A stretch of 62,984 nt of DNA, counting the filler, from Lenisia limosa (taxonomy: Eukaryota; Protista; Breviatea), in the NCBI GenBank assembly GCA_001655205.1. It is 11 parts of 11 records of this genome, joined end to end, with 100 filler letters (N's around TTAATTAATTAA, not from the genome) between each part and the next. Parts side by side here need not be neighbours in the genome. Positions count along the whole stretch, not along the records: positions 1 to 7,463 come from LPNZ01004369.1; positions 7,564 to 14,306 come from LPNZ01010608.1; 9 more parts are not named here. One strand, written 5' to 3'. The position numbers were made by a program, and so were the translations under genes. Within the stretch, counting starts at the first letter, position 1. The number at the start of each line of letters is the position of its first letter. The notes under the pieces were generated by a model that ran no database searches, had not been told where the DNA came from, and worked only from the letters and a program-made list of their open reading frames with translations. This document shows positions 1 to 12,800 of this stretch, in pieces.

Positions 1-103
1 CTTCATAGGGTGCGGGGGAGGGTGGCTGTTGAGTGGATGGTACCTTCACGCCAATATTCTCCATCGAAATTTCCTTCGTTTTACCCCGCGCCCTCCCCTC
101 CAG

Positions 104-3075
104 ACAATGCTCGAGAAGTTTGACGGAGCGGCTGAAGATCTTTCCTTGTATTCCCTCTACGAAGTTACGGATTCAGGCAGACGCAAGTCTACTGAGACTG
201 AGTGGGGGGGGGGGTGTTTAAGCANNNNNNNNNNNNNNNNNNNNNNNNNNNNNNNNNNNNNNNNNNNNNNNNNNNNNNNNNNNNNNNNNNNNNNNNNNNN
301 NNNNNNNNNNNNNNNNNNNNNNNNNNNNNNNNNNNNNNNNNNNNNNNNNNNNNNNNNNNNNNNNNNNNNNNNNNNNNNNNNNNNNNNNNNNNNNNNNNNN
401 NNNNNNNNNNNNNNNNNNNNNNNNNNNNNNNNNNNNNNNNNNNNNNNNNNNNNNNNNNNNNNNNNNNNNNNNNNATTGAAACCAATAATGACTACCGCAA
501 AAATCCTCACGCCACAGATACGTCTGGGATTTCGAGGACAAGGGCCAAAACCTTCGACTGGAGTGGAAGGAGACGACCTCGGAGGAAGAGTCCGAGGAGA
601 AGAAGGTCGGTAGCAGACGAAGCTTGCGAGGCAAGAAGGACAGCTACACACAGGTATGGGGGCCTGAATTCCGATTAGCCTTATTCTTGTTATTTCATCA
701 TCAAAAAAAGTATCACATACCAATCTCGGTGCTGCAGGAGTGACAGATCTGGGCTTTTTTGTTATCAACCCTTTTGTTGTCAGCCAACAGAGTGGATTTG
801 TGTTTTTTTTTTGTTTCATCGAAATTCCTTCGTTTTACTCCCCTCTCCCAGTCATCCTTCATGGTCAATGAGACGCAGGCTGTAACCAAAAGAGCAACGT
901 CAAGCTCGGTGCGCCAAACCTTCTTCAAGGTTGAAGCCAGGGGTAGGGATGGGAGGAGATTTGTAGTAGTAGTGTTTTTTTTGGAGGAGGGAGGGTTGGC
1001 AGGGTCACACAAGTCTTCCTATAACTCCTTAGAAATTGCCCTCTGTCTCACAGTGGCTGACGCGCAAAACTACGCTCAAATCCAACCCAAAGAATGGTGG
1101 GAGTGGAGGCTATGACAATTGTTGTTATTTTTTGACTGGGTTGCCACTGTCAAAAGCCCAAATGAGAATAAGAACATCACCTATAACGAGTATTACAACT
1201 GTAACTTCATATAGTGTTCCTATTATTCTTATTTTTTTTATGATGACAGGTTGCAACCGTCGTGGTCAAGCGAAGACGTCGGTATTAGAGCCCCCAATAT
1301 CATGAGCATGATTAACCAGTTCAACAATGTCTCTCTTTGGGTCATGCAAACGGTGAGAGCGGCATATGTCTCACTTTTCAAACTATGTCGGATCCCCCTC
1401 AGTCCCCCGCCCAACCTCTTTTGTTTATCAATGATATATTCTTCTATCTCTAAAATGTGGTTCAAGAGCAATCGTTTTTAAGCTATTGCTACTAGAGCTT
1501 CACTGCGGTACGAAACTAAGACAATTTCTCAATAAATCCTCAAAAACTATCGATTTTTTTGTTTTTTTCGAACCGAAGTGAAGCTCTAATTGAAACTCCT
1601 TTGAAGCATCAAATTACTCTTCTCACACCTGCTTAGATTCTCAATGAAGAAAAACCCTCAGATCGAGCCGTCGTGGTGGCAAAAATTATCCAAGTATGGG
1701 GGGAGATGTTTTCTTAAGTACGGATGGCACTTATTTTCAATATTACAAGTAACAAAATTTCGTCAAATCTAAAGATTGAGAAATGCATTCAACAATTCCA
1801 TCTTTGTTTCATTGGGTTTCTCCTTGAGATTCCATTAAAATGATATTACGATAAATGGTGGAAAATGTCACAAACCGAAATTACACAACACTATTCCAAT
1901 AATACGAATGTCCAGGTTGGAGAGCACTTGCTACAGCTTCGTGACTTCCACTCTCTTATGGCTGTCATTGCTGGTGAGAGAGGGTGTGTGATGGGTGTGG
2001 GAGGTGTTTCGCTTCATATATTTAACATATTCCTTCCCTCTGATAACGCTCTCAGGTCTGATGTCGTCTCCCATCGGCCGTTTAAAGGCGACCTGGGCTG
2101 CCCTCAGCAAAAAGAGCTATCAGAGCTTCCTTGAGGTGGGTGGGAGAGGTTGTTGGAAAGTGGTGAAGAGGAAAGGTCATCTTTTTCAATTTGGAATTCT
2201 TCATTTGTCCCACATCATCCCCCCTCCCATCAAACTATTCTCAACTGGAGTGACGGGATGCGGTGCTGTAGAAGCGACTGTTTTGTAATTATCAACCCTC
2301 GTGTGTTGTCAGCCAACAACGTTGATTTGGGCTTTTTGTTAAAAAAAACTTTCCAATTTTACTCCCCCCCCCCCCCCNNNNNNNNNNNNNNNNNNNNNNN
2401 NNNNNNNNNNNNNNNNNNNNNNNNNNNNNNNNNNNNNNNNNNNNNNNNNNNNNNNNNNNNNNNNNNNNNNNNNNNNNNNNNNNNNNNNNNNNNNNNNNCC
2501 GGACTTTACTCAACAATGGCCGTTTCCCTTCAGTTCCTTACATTGGGCTCACCTTGCAGGACCTAACAGCTATTACTGAAGGTTGAGGGGGGAGGGGGGT
2601 CGCTGTTTGTTTTTGTGATATCCCTATGCATGTTGGGGGAATAATAAAAAGAAACTGACCTTATTAGGCAACCCCAATAAGGTGAACGGTCTCATCAATA
2701 TCGCGAAGCGCAGGCTCTATCATCGCATCATGACCGAAATCAGGCACCACCAGAAGGTGGGGAGGGGGTACTTTGCTTTTTGTTTAAATGTTTGTTGTTG
2801 TGTTGTAGTTGTTGTTCCCTTAATGGGAAAAATCTCTCTCTATTTGTTTTTTGTTGTTGATTCCAAACTTTTATGAGTTTTTTTTCCTTGTACTTTGTAT
2901 TTTTTCTACGGCCGTTTTCCTCACTTTTCAGACAACGTTCGCAGTCCAGTCTTCTGCCATGATTGGAGAGTTCATGCGTCCTAAGTCCCTTGTTAGTGTT
3001 GCCCTGATGGAGAGGGAATCCAATATGCTGTATGACCTGTCCCTCGAGAAGGAGCCCAGAGCCCCTAAGGCGTAG
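104..3075 (+). CDS. Ras guanine-nucleotide exchange factor (CDC25-type RasGEF domain, preceded by a probable Ras-association domain); 5'-partial, about 11 exons
   Basis: Hand-spliced GT-AG exons give FFKVEAR|EIALCLTVADAQNYAQIQPKEWWE|LQPSWSSEDVGIRAPNIMSMINQFNNVSLWVMQT|ILNEEKPSDRAVVVAKIIQ|VGEHLLQLRDFHSLMAVIAG|LMSSPIGRLKATW...PYIGLTLQDLTAITEG...VNGLINIAKRRLYHRIMTEIRHHQK|...LYDLSLEKEPRAPKA*. These are the canonical RasGEF motifs, in order. One exon is hidden in the N run 2378-2498. Stop TAG at 3073-3075. Confidence 0.92.
727..851 (+). repeat. Family 2 dispersed intronic repeat (~130 bp) ending at a 3' splice acceptor
   Basis: cggtgctgcag...tatcaacccttttgttgtcagccaacagagtggatttg...tttcatcgaaattccttcgttttactcccctctcccAG|exon. 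Related copies at 36-103, 2245-2377, 10551-10637, 13404-13515, 14082-14139, 52048-52140 (-), 54408-54567, 55122-55264, 57205-57290 (-), 59578-59687 and 61803-61862. Confidence 0.88.
1495..1586. mobile_element. MITE family 1, subtype A' (GAGC...GCTC termini)
   Basis: TA-GAGCTTCAC...GTGAAGCTC-TA. The same termini occur at ~23820, 36430-36516 and 51099-51177. Confidence 0.82.
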
Positions 3076-3369
3076 TTTGTTTAGTTATTTAGTCTGTAGT
3101 CTGTATTTGGCTTGATTTTCAGGATTGGTTGTAGGTGTTCAATGTCAATGCATTTTCTTATCTGTAACAATAGTAGAGCTTCACTTTCGGTTCCCAAAGA
3201 CTATTTGAGCCTTTCTTCATGTGCATGCCCCAGTTCTTAAATTGACATGGTGTGTATAAAGTTAAGGCTTAACTTTATACACAGCAGATCACTGATAATC
3301 TGGGTTTTTCAAGAATGCTTCAAATAATAATTATTTTTTTTACAAAAAAATAATAAACAAAACAGAAAA

Positions 3370-5243
3370 TTAAGTATGCTGTACTGTCAAATTGTCCCCA
3401 TGGTCCAGTAAAATGGCCTTCATGAGTTCATCATCAATGGAGTAACCCTAAGACAGTTAAGGGCTGAAGTATATGTACTCTCTCTCTCTGCTATCATGAA
3501 GTTTAAATGTTGACAAAATGTTTCATCATACAAAAGACTACTGTGCCACGGATATTGCGAAGATAAATAGATCTGAGCTTATAATACTTAACTATTTCTT
3601 TGGTTTTATAATGGTACAGTTTGCCAACCTCACTAACAACAGTGTAGTTGATGACAGCGCCACAATCAATGAGGAACATTACGACATTAATTCGACCATA
3701 GGTAGCAGCGAAAATAAGGGGAGACCTTCGCTGTACAGGGATTAATACCAATTGAAGAAATTATCAATCATGTTGAATTGAAGTCTTATGAAATGGATCA
3801 TTGTTCAAATGGAATAGTCCCTCAATAACAATTATTGGTTCAACCAGTTTCCCACAAGATAGTCAGCTTTGTCCATGTCTGCACCCTTCTCAATGAGGTA
3901 CTTCACTACATCCAGGTGGCCATGGTTAGCAGCATAGCCGAGGGCAGTTGTATCCTGTTTAATCAAAGGCAGAAAATTATATCAAACCCTTAAAAACGTC
4001 TGAACTGTTCTGAACAAAGAGTTGATTGAATATCTGTAATGGTGACCCACATACATAAGCATCAATTTTGTTGACATCTGCACCATTTTCAATGAGACAC
4101 TTCACTATTTCCAAATGGCCATTTTCAGCGGCGTGTACGATGGCAGATTTCTACAGATCCATGAAGGTCAGCATTGTTATCATACACTGGTAATATTCGG
4201 GGCCAGAGTACCAAAATTTTAAATATTTTAAAAAACAACTACACACAAATATAAATATATGAATCTAGGATTAATATTATAATCATTTTATTACGATGCT
4301 GCATTCAAAAACTCCCATTCACCAACCTCATTAAAATCACTTTTGTCGATGTCCGCACCCATCACAATGAGGTACTTCAGGATATCCAAGTGGCCATTTT
4401 CAGCGGCATGACCAAGGTTGGTATTCCTCTTTTCCAATTATTAGACAATGCTAGGAGTCCTCAATAATTAATAAACACGAGTGAATACACTATATACAAT
4501 CTAATACTATATAATATAATTGAATATTTCAAATAGTATATACAAAACTACTTATGACAATAATTGCTGAAGAAATAAAGACAATTATGTAGAGTTGAAA
4601 GCAAGAGAGATCGGAGCGAGAGATGATAAGGAATATTCCTTAATATTTTAAAAAAAGTAGATTACAATTTAATTTCACAACTAACACCCGTACAGGGGGT
4701 ATATTAGTACATAATCAAGCTCCTATATCTAATTATTATTAGAACATACAAAGCTTTCAGGTGTTTCGATGTCAGCGCCTTTCTCAATGAGGTACTTCAC
4801 GATATACAAGTGGCCGTATTTAGTGGCATAGTTCAGAGGAGATATTCCCTGCTCAGTAAACGCTATGAAAGGTTAAGTTATATGCAAAAACATGCGAAGT
4901 AATAAAAGAAATGTTTCTGGCTGAAGCAGTCAACAAACAGTAATATAATAGGCATATGTACTGACAGTTTTCTGGAATAAAACAACATATAACATGTACC
5001 TGGGGTAATTAGTTATATTTATAGAACCCCACAAAGGCACTGAAACTTATTATTCATGTTGATAAATATTGATACCGAAGATGATGGTATCGTTGTCCCC
5101 CTCACCCAGATTGCAGAAGCTTCTGTTTGATTGACATCTCCATTGGCATCAAGGAGCCGCTGTACTTCAGCAAGATTGCCCTTTTCACAGGCGACCAAAA
5201 AACCCATGTCAACGATGGTGGCATTATTCATCCTGTTTTCCAT
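3370..5243 (-). CDS. Ankyrin-repeat protein (about six repeats, one per exon)
   Basis: Exons read FLVACEKGNLAEVQRLLDANGDVN, GISPLNYATKYGHLYIVKYLIEKGADIE (4848-4750, 99 nt), NTNLGHAAENGHLDILKYLIVMGADID, SAIVHAAENGHLEIVKCLIENGADVN, TALGYAANHGHLDVVKYLIEKGADMD and SPLIFAATYGRINVVMFLIDCGAVIN. ATG at 5243, TAA at 3372-3370. Confidence 0.88.
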
Positions 5244-5478
5244 AAATGCCAAGCTAGGAGGAGGAATATACTATTAGAATTTTGCGAGTACCCAAAATGG
5301 AGTGGAGCTACACTGAAGGAGCCTGGTCGTGTTGAGTGGTGCCAATGTCAAGGGGTGGAGAGGAGTGGTGGAGAACGAAAGAAACGGTTCGGAAACGGTG
5401 GCTGCTCGATTGTAGAGACAGGAGCTTAATACGCCCTGGTCCAAAGCCGGCACCCACGTTCCCCGAGCCGGGCCCTTC

Positions 5479-6960
5479 ATGGAAAAATCTCCAACTGCCA
5501 TACTCTGCAACCTCTGCAACATGTCTTCTCCTCCTGGAAATGAGGTTGGTCCTTGGTGCTTTGGTTTTGGCTGTTTATGTCACAATAAATGGCAGAAAAG
5601 CTGAAATATGAATATCAATTGTGAAAGCATTCGGTGATAATGAAATTTACGCTTGACGTTCAAAATTTACCTTGCTATTCTGACATCTCTGTCGGGCTCA
5701 AGGGGCGAAGACCACAATGAAATATAAAGCTATAATTCCAATTATCCCCTGCAGAAACCCTCGAAATCAGAAAATCCGAATGATTTTGTACCCAACCCAC
5801 CTGTAAGCACTTAGATCTTCCTTACGAATTAATTTGTGCTGGTTTATGGTGTATCTTTCCATTTACCTTTACTCGAGTTTATTTGTAACAGTTTCATGTT
5901 CTCATTAACAAAAATTTTACTTTTTAGGAAGAATTCAAATTCAGACATCATTACACTGATCACCCCAGTTTTCGAAAAATTCTGACAGGAAGGTGAGTTA
6001 CCGCTTCAATTTTCCTTTTAAATGGGATTATTACACATGGTATATTTTTAATTTTTGATAAAAAAAAAAGAAGAATTTATTGAAATTTCTGCCTTTTTAT
6101 ATTAACCAGAAATTCTTTTCTTATTCCACCCAGAATATTCCTGACTTCTCTGATGAATTGGAACGACAAGCATCTTAGAAACCTAGCTTCACATTATTTC
6201 GACTCCGCAAATCATTCTGTAAGCTGTCTTGAGGTTACTTACTAATTAAATATTCTGTGTAGTTAATTTTTTTGAAGATACTACTTTGGTAACACATTGT
6301 TTTTGTTGTAGTGGACCCACTTCAAATTTTGATTAATATCGTAATTAATTGCACCGAACCCCTATAATTACACGGTATCGATGGCTTAAAACTTGGTTTT
6401 TGTGGATTTGATTGTGAAGTAGTGGCTTCCACTACTGTGAAGTTTACTAGAGTATCGCTTAAAAGCGTGTTGTGTTGAATTCCTATCATTTAAATATAAT
6501 CTCTAAAATCACAGATAGCTGAATGGAAAGTTGTTAGAATAATGTTTGTTTAATATGTCCCTCTGAATATCATCATCTAATTAGCACACGTTTAAATATA
6601 ACAATTATTCTCAATGATAAATCTTCAAATATTGCATTTTAACTGTTATTATGATTACAGTCGTTCAGCATTAACAACGAAAAAGCCTTCAATGAATTTT
6701 CAAAGTTGGTTGACTTTTTTCGTGTACTTCTGGAAATTGAATGTAATATGGATAATTTTTTGTTTGCTTTGTATGTTTATTGTTTTATTACGTTAGGTTG
6801 ACCAGCACCCCGCTTGAAGACGTTTATACTAAATATGCCACAGAGGTAAGGGTATTTCTGATATGTTGGTAACATTTCGGATATTTGTTACTTTCCAGGC
6901 TGGTATGACTCTATTAGAGTACTATGACTATCAAGTGGAACTCTGTGACAGAATGGGAGT
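5479..6960 (+). CDS. Hypothetical multi-exon protein; start uncertain, probably 3'-partial
   Basis: Short GT-AG bounded open exons: ...MSSPPGNE|KPSKSENPNDFVPNPP|EEFKFRHHYTDHPSFRKILTGR|IFLTSLMNWNDKHLRNLASHYFDSANHS ... LTSTPLEDVYTKYATE|AGMTLLEYYDYQVELCDRMG. No family recognised. Confidence 0.5.
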
Positions 6961-7006
6961 ATGTGGGGAGATTTCATAAATATTTCAAAATAAGTAGAAA
7001 ATATGA

Positions 7007-7074
7007 CAAATTCTCTTCAATGGCCGGGTCCTAGCTGGACCAAATTCTCTTCAATGGCCGGGTCCTAGCTGGAC
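7007..7074. repeat. Perfect 34-bp tandem duplication
   Basis: caaattctcttcaatggccgggtcctagctggac occurs twice, head to tail. Confidence 0.9.
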
Positions 7075-7507
7075 CAGGACGGATAAAAATTCGGGCTTGG
7101 ATTCGGTTTTTATATTTTACAATGTTTAGTTGACAGACACGCACCGGACAGTGTAACACATCCTATCTGAAAATACCGATTAAAGTTTCACCAAAATTAA
7201 TAAACAAACAATAACGAAGTACCAACTATTTCAAATGGAACTTCTTCAGCCAAATATTTATAGGTGAAGGCACATGAGTGTGGGCACTTTTTCATCTTTT
7301 TTAGATAAAAAATCAAAGTTGTTGACTCAAAAACAATTTTTAGAAAGTTTTCATTTTGATTGAATTTTTACGAAATTAGGATCCACTCCCTTTTACCAGT
7401 TTTTTTTTGGTTTTCCTTCCCTTTTTTTGTGGCTTAAAGTTTATTTTTGTTTTTTTTTCAGCCNNNNNNNNNNNNNNNNNNNNNNNNNNNNNNNNNNNNN
7501 NNNNNNN

Positions 7508-7519
7508 TTAATTAATTAA
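7508..7519. other. Artificial assembly linker TTAATTAATTAA (stop codons in all six frames) inside a 100-bp N gap
   Basis: The same N44-TTAATTAATTAA-N44 pattern recurs at 14351, 45741, 46858, 50954, 53819, 55433, 59192, 60738 and 61907. Genes (VPS53, MCM2, CDC45, SLC25A17) are cut at these joins and do not continue across them. Confidence 0.95.
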
Positions 7520-7579
7520 NNNNNNNNNNNNNNNNNNNNNNNNNNNNNNNNNNNNNNNNNNNNAGAACCAGATACCCAC

Positions 7580-9474
7580 CTGAGCTTCAGACTGTACGGC
7601 CTTCTCTTTAATGGACTTCATCTTAGCAAAAAGCTCCTGGACAGTGACTCAAAGAAATGTAGCATTAGGAAGCAAACGAAGTAAGGTTAGATTTATAGAA
7701 ATCTTCGATAAATATCGATATTTAACCACAGTTTTTTGAATGATTGAAAACCGCAAAAAAGTTCAATAAAAAATTTATATTATATGCTATAACATTTATT
7801 AACAGCGAGGAAAGAAGACAGCCTGCTGTTATTATTATACCCCCAACCACCACTCGAATATACACCCCACCCCTACAGCTATACACTCTTTCGCCACTTC
7901 CAGCTCCTGCCTGCCCTGGGCGNNNNNNNNNNNNNNNNNNNNNNNNNNNNNNNNNNNNNNNNNNNNNNNNNNNNNNNNNNNNNNNNNNNNNNNNNNNNNN
8001 NNNNNNNNNNNNNNNNNNNNNNNNNNNNNNNNNNNNNNNNNNNNNNNNNNNNNNNNNNNNNNNNGTTCAGATCCTGGATGGGGTCAGTGTGGCCCCATGC
8101 ATACTATGTACACTGACCGGTATATGTCTTGACCGATTTTCCTGGGGAATCATAGAGCAAATCGGTCAAGTACCACTGTATATAGAGAGGAGAAATAAAC
8201 AAGGTTGTATCAGGCAGAAGCAGTCCACAATAGTGCATTTTTAAGAGATATTGGATGATACTATAATATCAATTCACCCTATCATAACTCTCTTTCTGTG
8301 TTCATTTATAAATACATGCACATAGTAATATAAATCATACTATGTATACTAGTTAGAACATATCATAATATACATAGTAGTAGTATAATGTATATGACGC
8401 AGAATTAGATACAATACAATATTCTAAATAAAGGAAGAAAGTTGACCCATTTTCCCAATAATACATCGAGCAAAAGCGTGACTGTGATATTGAAAGAAAG
8501 CAATGAGAAATAATAAAAAAAAAAGCTAGTATCTGGCCGAAGCCGTTAACACCATCATGCTTACAAGAGAGAGATATTGGATTATTGAATAATATTAATT
8601 CACCCAATCATTTGCCTTACGTGCACACAGCTTTATGCGTGTCTCCCTAGCACTGAGAGCGATATAATAATGGGAATGAAGCGTGTGTTTTGTTACAAAT
8701 CTGTGTCATTCCCTTCTAATAACTCCCCAAATAATTGGCCTTACATTTCTCAAAAGGTTCCATTTATGATAAAATGAAATGGGTACTCACCTCATTGAGA
8801 TTCATAATCCGTGCATTGAGCTTTGTGACCACTTTGGGTACCGACTGCAATGTCGATTCTGAGGGTGGTAAAGTTGGAGCCTTTATGTAAACAAAACCAG
8901 GGCTTCACTTTGGTTCGAACAATAGGTAAAATATCGATAGTTTTCAGGAATTTATCGATAAAATCAATCTTTTTTTGAACCAAAGTGATCTAGGCAAGTC
9001 GCTTCTACAGCACTGCATCCTATCACTCCAGTGTATTGGAAAATTTTTCAATCATGATATTTAATTATGCAATAACTGTCTGGCTAATGAGAAAGTGGAG
9101 GTGTAAGGTCGGGGACAGGAGAAATGATACATAAACTCAATAATATTTAATATACAATAGTATATACATAAGTATGCCAATAAACCATTGTAGAGAGTAA
9201 TCAGGGAATATATATATAATTATATATAATTATATATATAATAGTTACAGAATACAGGTAATCAATACATTTAATGTTTTAAACAAATAAATCTTCTTAT
9301 CAGAATATTAGAACTGACAAACAGCTCGACAACTCTCATACCAGTGGGAAACACTGCGTTGATATAGTCGATAGCATCAAACGAATCTGCCTTTAAGAGG
9401 GCACTGGCTTCAGCCATTCTCTGTGACAGTCCAATATCATCATTGACGGCTTCTGGCGTGTCAGCAGCGTTCAT
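7580..9474 (-). CDS. VPS53: GARP/EARP complex subunit Vps53, N-terminal part (3'-truncated by segment end)
   Basis: MNAADTPEAVNDDIGLSQRMAEASALLKADSFDAIDYINAVFPT|ESTLQSVPKVVTKLNARIMNLNE|...AQGRQELEVAKECIA|ELFAKMKSIKEKAVQSEAQ matches the Vps53_N pattern DFNAVEYINTLFPTEQSL...[32 protein letters not shown]. Part of exon 3 lies in the N run 7923-8064. Confidence 0.88.
8111..8178. mobile_element. MITE family 4 (TA-CASTGACCGGGATAAGTCTTGACCG TIR, Tc1/mariner-like ends)
   Basis: TA-CACTGACCGG...CTTGACCGATTT...AATCGGTCAAG...CACTG-TA. Further copies at ~33748-33832, ~58654-58722 and ~12455-12630 (split by a family 1 MITE). Confidence 0.75.
8540..8610 (-). repeat. Family 3 dispersed repeat (gtgaattaatatt...caatatctctcttgtaagcatgatggtgtgaacggcttcggccag)
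   Basis: Related copies at ~10350-10415, 10935-10980, 53876-53900, 54950-55000, 56870-56915 and 58220-58244. Confidence 0.75.
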
Positions 9475-9863
9475 TTGCGCTATGTGCGACCAGAAACGAC
9501 AGAAAGTGCACCACTGAAGATCCTGTTCTTACTTATTTCTCTTGAATTTATAATAACTCTCTGTAATACTTCTGAATAGAGCCCTTTAGTGTTGTGAAAG
9601 AGCCACAAATATTGTATGATATAAAACCGAAAATCCCCGAAATATTTCGATAAATATTATTATGACGTCATGACTTCAGTCAGCTATCGCAATGCTGGCT
9701 GGCTCCCTTTTCTCATTTACCTTCTATAAACTTGTTTAAATTACATTTATACAGTGATTGGTTTGAGTTAAAAGTCTTGCCATCGCGATTTTCCTTCACA
9801 CAAGCAAATCTTTTCCAGCGATCCAGCCCCCTATGTAGTCACAGACACATCAGCTCAGTAATC

Positions 9864-12800
9864 ATGCTTATGGACAAGCAAAAAGAATCCCAGGTGAGTA
9901 CTAATATGAGGTCTCTTCATAGCGCGATGAGCTTCAGAAAGATCAGCATTTGTTTTTTCCGAGTGTCAAAAGCTCATTAACACATATTACATACACATCA
10001 TAGTCCGCCTCTATTACACATCATAGTCCGCCTTTATTAGATATCATAGTACTAATTAAGCACAGTCTGTATGACAGCAAATATCCGGTTTTAGTATGTG
10101 GACCATGATTTGTTGTAAGGCAAATGATGAGGTGAAATAATATTTTGCCAATATCACTATAAGCGGGATGTTGTATCTGTCTGAAGCTCTCCACAACATC
10201 ACGCTTATTGATGATGAATAATAAGTTCTAAGTGCAGGCAGATGTAGGGTATAATAAATGCGGACTATGATGTTTGTATAATGAGTGAAAAAAAGAGACA
10301 ACAGCAGATGGTCTGCTTTTCATGCACAATAATTATGTGTACAAATGATTGGTGAATTAATATTATACTATAATCCAATATATCTTACAGCGTGATGGTG
10401 TGGCTTCCGCCTGATTCATCCTTATTTTTTATTTCTTTGCTCTATATAATGTGTGTGGACAATAATAAATGGACAGAAATAATTACAGACTTCTTCACCT
10501 CATCTTTTTTGACATTGTTTTATACATCAATTTTCTGATTTTACTCAACGCTGGAGTGATGCAGGTACTGTAGAAGCGACTGGCCGGGGCTTGGTTTGTT
10601 TTGTTGTTATCAATCCTCGTATGTTGTCAGCCAACGGNNNNNNNNNNNNNNNNNNNNNNNNNNNNNNNNNNNNNNNNNNNNNNNNNNNNNNNNNNNNNNN
10701 NNNNNNNNNNNNNNNNNNNNNNNNNNNNNNNNNNNNNNNNNNNNNNNNNNNNNNNNNNNNNNNNNNNNNNNNNNNNNNNNNNNNNNNNNNNNNNNNNNNN
10801 NNNNNNNNNNNNNNNCTATATTGAGGGCACTATTCTCAAGCTTGTATCTCAGTGAGGGAGGGGTTATGAATATGTATTCACATTGTATGCCTGCGGGACG
10901 CAGAAAGCTATGTATACAGAGTTTAAGGCAAATAGTATCTCTTATAAGCGTGATGGTGCGAACGGCTTAGGCCAGAAACAACCCTGTTTTTTTTATCATT
11001 GCTATATTTTCACATTGGTATACAGTCCGAATAAGACCGGTAAAGCATCAATTGATCATTGATATCGCTAAATTCAGGCTGTTTTTTTTCGAAATAGCCT
11101 CACAATGTAGTATGAAGTTTACCAAGAAGTTCAAGCCACGATTTGCCATTATACGTGACGGATTTCTGTACTATGCAGTTGATGAGGTTTGGGGGGGGGG
11201 GTTATGTCTTTATGCACATATTATATGATGGGATGTCTGTTCGGTGGGTATNNNNNNNNNNNNNNNNNNNNNNNNNNNNNNNNNNNNNNNNNNNNNNNNN
11301 NNNNNNNNNNNNNNNNNNNNNNNNNNNNNNNNNNNNNNNNNNNNNNNNNNNNNNNNNNNNNNNNNNNNNNNNNNNNNNNNNNNNNNNNNNNNNNNNNNNN
11401 NNNNNNNNNNNNNNNNNNNNNNNNNNNNNNNNNNNNNNNNNNNNNNNNNNNNNNNNNNNNNNNNNNNNNNNNNNNNNNNNNNNNNCTCCGCTAATCTGAC
11501 CAAAGGTGTCCACAACACGAGGAGTCATGAGTCTGGCCAGCAGCGAAGTAAAGAAGATCACATCAAAGCAACACCCTTATGTTCTTGAAATTACTAAAGT
11601 GGATTGGGGGCGGGGGTGGGTGGGTACGATGAGGGCTTCGCTTGGTTCTAAAAAAGACTGAATTTCTCGATAAATCCTTTAAAACTATCGATATTTCTCC
11701 GGTCTTTGTCGAACCGAAGTGAAACCCAATACTAGAAACTTAGATTGGTAGAGTAGGGTGGGAGGATTCAATTATTTCCTTGAACATATTAATATAGACG
11801 GCTTCGGCCGGAACCTTGGTTGATTTCTCATCTCAATATAAAAAAACATTGACCATTTTGTGTTTTGTGTATTCTTAAACGGTATTTTGCACTCATTTTG
11901 CTCACTCATTTTGCTAGCTGATTTTGTTAACTAATTTTGTTAACTCATTTTGTTAACTCATTTTGTTAACTCTGTGGCTCTCTTTGAGGCGGTTGTGTTT
12001 TTTTTTTAACCTCTATTCAAAATATTGTGCTGCGTTCATTCTGGTGNNNNNNNNNNNNNNNNNNNNNNNNNNNNNNNNNNNNNNNNNNNNNNNNNNNNNN
12101 NNNNNNNNNNNNNNNNNNNNNNNNNNNNNNNNNNNNNNNNNNNNNNNNNNNNNNNNNNNCTTTATCATATATTCATTATAACCATGCCTCCACAAGGAAT
12201 CTTTCGCCCCCATCCAATTTGGCTTCAAAGATGACGCCGAGCTCAATGAGTTTGAAGTGGTGTTGCAAACTGCTTCAACCTATGAAAAGGTGAGGGGAGT
12301 ATTTCTCGTATTATATCGGATATTTGGACTATTATCTCAGGTGAGAACTATTTTTTCAGAGATGTGATATGATACCTCATCATATCCACTCTTATGATAA
12401 ATTAATGACAAATCTTAAATATACTTCGTTACACTTGGGATGAACTTACCAATCTAAATCTTGACCGATTGTCTATGGATATTTGTGTGATATCTAGGGC
12501 TTCCCTGATCCCAAAGAAAATCTCGATAATTCCTCGATAAATATCGAGATTTACCGGTCTTTTTCGGACAGTCATGAAGCACTGGTGATGTTCCAAGGGA
12601 AGTCGGTCAAGACTTACCATGGTTACTCTATAAACCCATTTTGAGTCATTTTCACATGAGGTCCTTTTCAGATACTTTTAATGTTATATTTTGAAAAACA
12701 GTTGGCATTTTTAAATATTTAAATATTTTGGTTTTATTTGATATTTTTAAATAATTTGGTATTCTGAACGTATAGACGTTTTTGACAGCTCGAGTGTCAG

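Noticed and set aside
29-819. Long ORFs in the supplied track (here and at 10591-10970, 11143-11588, 56056-56380)
   Set aside because: Their length comes from translating N runs as X; they are not real reading frames.
12198-12290. ASPM-like CH domain (frame reading SLKWCCKLL) upstream of the IQ motifs
   Set aside because: The alternative frame gives a coherent PH-domain end with phase-0 splice sites, and no CH motifs appear in neighbouring exons.
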